This document shows, in pieces, positions 62,356 to 64,000 of a DNA stretch of 64,000 nucleotides. Position numbers and translations under genes: made by a program. The notes under the pieces are model-generated. The model was not told the DNA's origin, made no database searches, and saw only the letters and a program-made list of their open reading frames with translations. The stretch comes from Sphyrna mokarran. Lineage: Eukaryota. The stretch spans positions 35,712,001-35,776,000 of the forward strand of contig JAGIQG010000016.1 in assembly GCA_024679065.1 (NCBI GenBank). The letters run 5' to 3'. The stretch's first letter is position 1; every line of letters starts with the position of its first letter.

Positions 62356-64000
62356 TCAACTATGTCTTCTGTAGTAGTATTCATAACACTAGGGACTAAA
62401 AAATATGATTCAGAGAAGTCATTTTGAGATGATTAAAGTTGGTCAGCATGGCATCACTGGCAGTTCACAACTTGAGGATCTATATTCCTGCACCAAATTG
62501 TGAGGCCTCTTTTGCAGCCATTTCCATCGACATTGTAATTTTTCTGTGATCATTAAAGTCAAAGAACATTCAGAAAGCATTTTCTTTGGATAGCTTCAGT
62601 TTGGAGATCACAAACTAGATGATTTCAAAGAGTATCTCCTAATGGCTTGCCAATCTCACAATGCTGGGCCAGCCTTTTTAAGATAACCACAAACTAAGCA
62701 ATGTTTTCACCTTCCATTTAGCTTCAGTGGAACAGTTCTACAATGATGATCGATGTCTTTGGAGAGTAATGCATTTCAAGGATGTTTTTCAAGTCATCAG
62801 GAGTTTTGCTGCTTGGCTTTGTTTGATGAACTATGATTTTACCAAAATTTTACTTCCAATTGTCCTGAGAAAAACTGGTATGAGCAGCTATTTTATTTCC
62901 TTGTGCAAAGTTTACTGAAAACACTCTACATAGGAACTCCATGGTTTATTTTCTTAATTGAAAAGGCCTATTGATCTTAATTGGCCCATTATTTCTCTTG
63001 CACTAGCAACTGCAGACTATTTGGTACACACTTTTTTGATATCATCCTAGTACTCCCTTTTTCACCTTGGAGACTGTTGACTTCATGTATTTATTTCAAA
63101 TGCCGCAGCCTTACAACAAAGCATGCATTCTTTTCAAATATGTCATACACTGCATGGAACCTCACCTTTCTCTGATCTGAAAAACCCATTCTTTTAAAAT
63201 CACATGGAGAATCTTTTTGCTTGCACTGGTACTTTGATCTTTAATCCTGATGTCACTTCTCAAGCTGTCAAAGTGTGAGGACCCACAATTTTTTCTTCTA
63301 CTTTAGGATCGATTCTCAATGAAACAAAATCCCAACTTGCCATCAATTTTCTTTCTGTACAGTCTTAACTATATTAGGAGCATGGGTTTTAACAAAAAGA
63401 AAAGAACATGTGTGTGCATATTGATTCAAGTTAAGGCACAACAAGTTTTAGTAATAGAGATATTCACTGCACTGCAGAAAACAAAATAAAGTAAACAAGC
63501 AGTCTCTGCAAACATCCTAGTGACATCACCATAAAATCATGTGATCAGCTCTTAATGCAACCTGCAACCTTTTCAAATATATAACACATTTTCTAAGCTT
63601 GATTTTAACCTCCAAAATCATTCCGATCAAACATCAGCTTTTGAATGAATTCCTATGTTGGACCTCATCCAGAGACACATTCAATAGAGGAGATTGAAGT
63701 AAATCGGAGAAGGAGAGGCCACACAGCTATCTGAGGGCAGAACTTTCCATTACTTCCTGTGAATGAAATCTTCCAATCCCACTGAAGGTGGCCCCTGCAT
63801 TATGTTCCCCATCAGTGTTTCCAGTGATGGGGCTGAAAATTCCTGATGGCCGCCAAGGTAAGTTGCTTCCATTGCAGGAAAAAAACCTGCAGGGAGTCCT
63901 GGGAAATCCTGCTCGGAGTCCGCTCTGCTGTTCAAAATAATTATGACTGATGTTTGGCTTTAAATCCACTTTCCTCCACTTTCCTCATATCCCTCGATTC

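Larger units (their letters stand above)
61577..63586 (-). mobile_element. Short two-LTR Gypsy-derived element (5' LTR 63372-63586, gag remnant, integrase-tail remnant, PPT, 3' LTR 61577-61906)
   Basis: Diverged direct repeats share agcatgggttt, ctgcagaaaacaaaa and tgacatcaccatwaaatcatgtga; PPT aaaggaagaggga (61907-61919) abuts the 3' LTR; gag-like LKNILEMHYSPK...EGENIA*FVVILKRLAQHCEIG..L.DTL*NHLVCDLQTEAIQRK...SMEMAAKEASQF at ~62470-62950. Confidence 0.85.

Noticed and set aside
61800-63590. Duplicated exons or promoters suggested by paired ttttgttttctgcag acceptors and shared motifs
   Set aside because: Explained as the two LTRs of one element (adjacent PPT, gag between them); the following frames contain stops
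1-64000. CRISPR arrays, operons, true tRNA or rRNA genes
   Set aside because: Vertebrate-type DNA with no regularly spaced repeat-spacer array; the tRNA-like segments are SINE heads

Overview
Eukaryotic, repeat-dense genomic DNA. The repeat repertoire (HE1-type V-SINEs, CR1 LINEs, DeuSINE remnants, Rex1/Babar, Penelope tails, intron-containing Harbinger elements) points to a cartilaginous fish (shark); this is inferred from family recognition, not from a search. No host protein-coding gene could be recognised, so the window looks like a gene desert or a large intron. The only long ORFs are two young 5'-truncated CR1 ORF2 copies (23874-25545 + and 45076-47850 -), each broken by a single 1-bp deletion. 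Older layers are three decayed Gypsy-type LTR retrotransposons, decayed PIF/Harbinger nuclease and Myb/SANT-like genes with short MITE-like derivatives, and fragments of RTE, L2, Rex1/Babar and Penelope-like elements. The most notable observations are a young CR1 whose 3' UTR contains a V-SINE core, a palindromic Penelope-like insert with a 15-bp flanking duplication and a hammerhead-ribozyme-like core, a 2-kb two-LTR element with gag but essentially no pol, an unexplained ~113-bp direct repeat bracketing a candidate exon, and several repeat-free enhancer-like islands. I found no firm evidence of a wholly new biological system. Boundaries of decayed elements are approximate and were read by eye.
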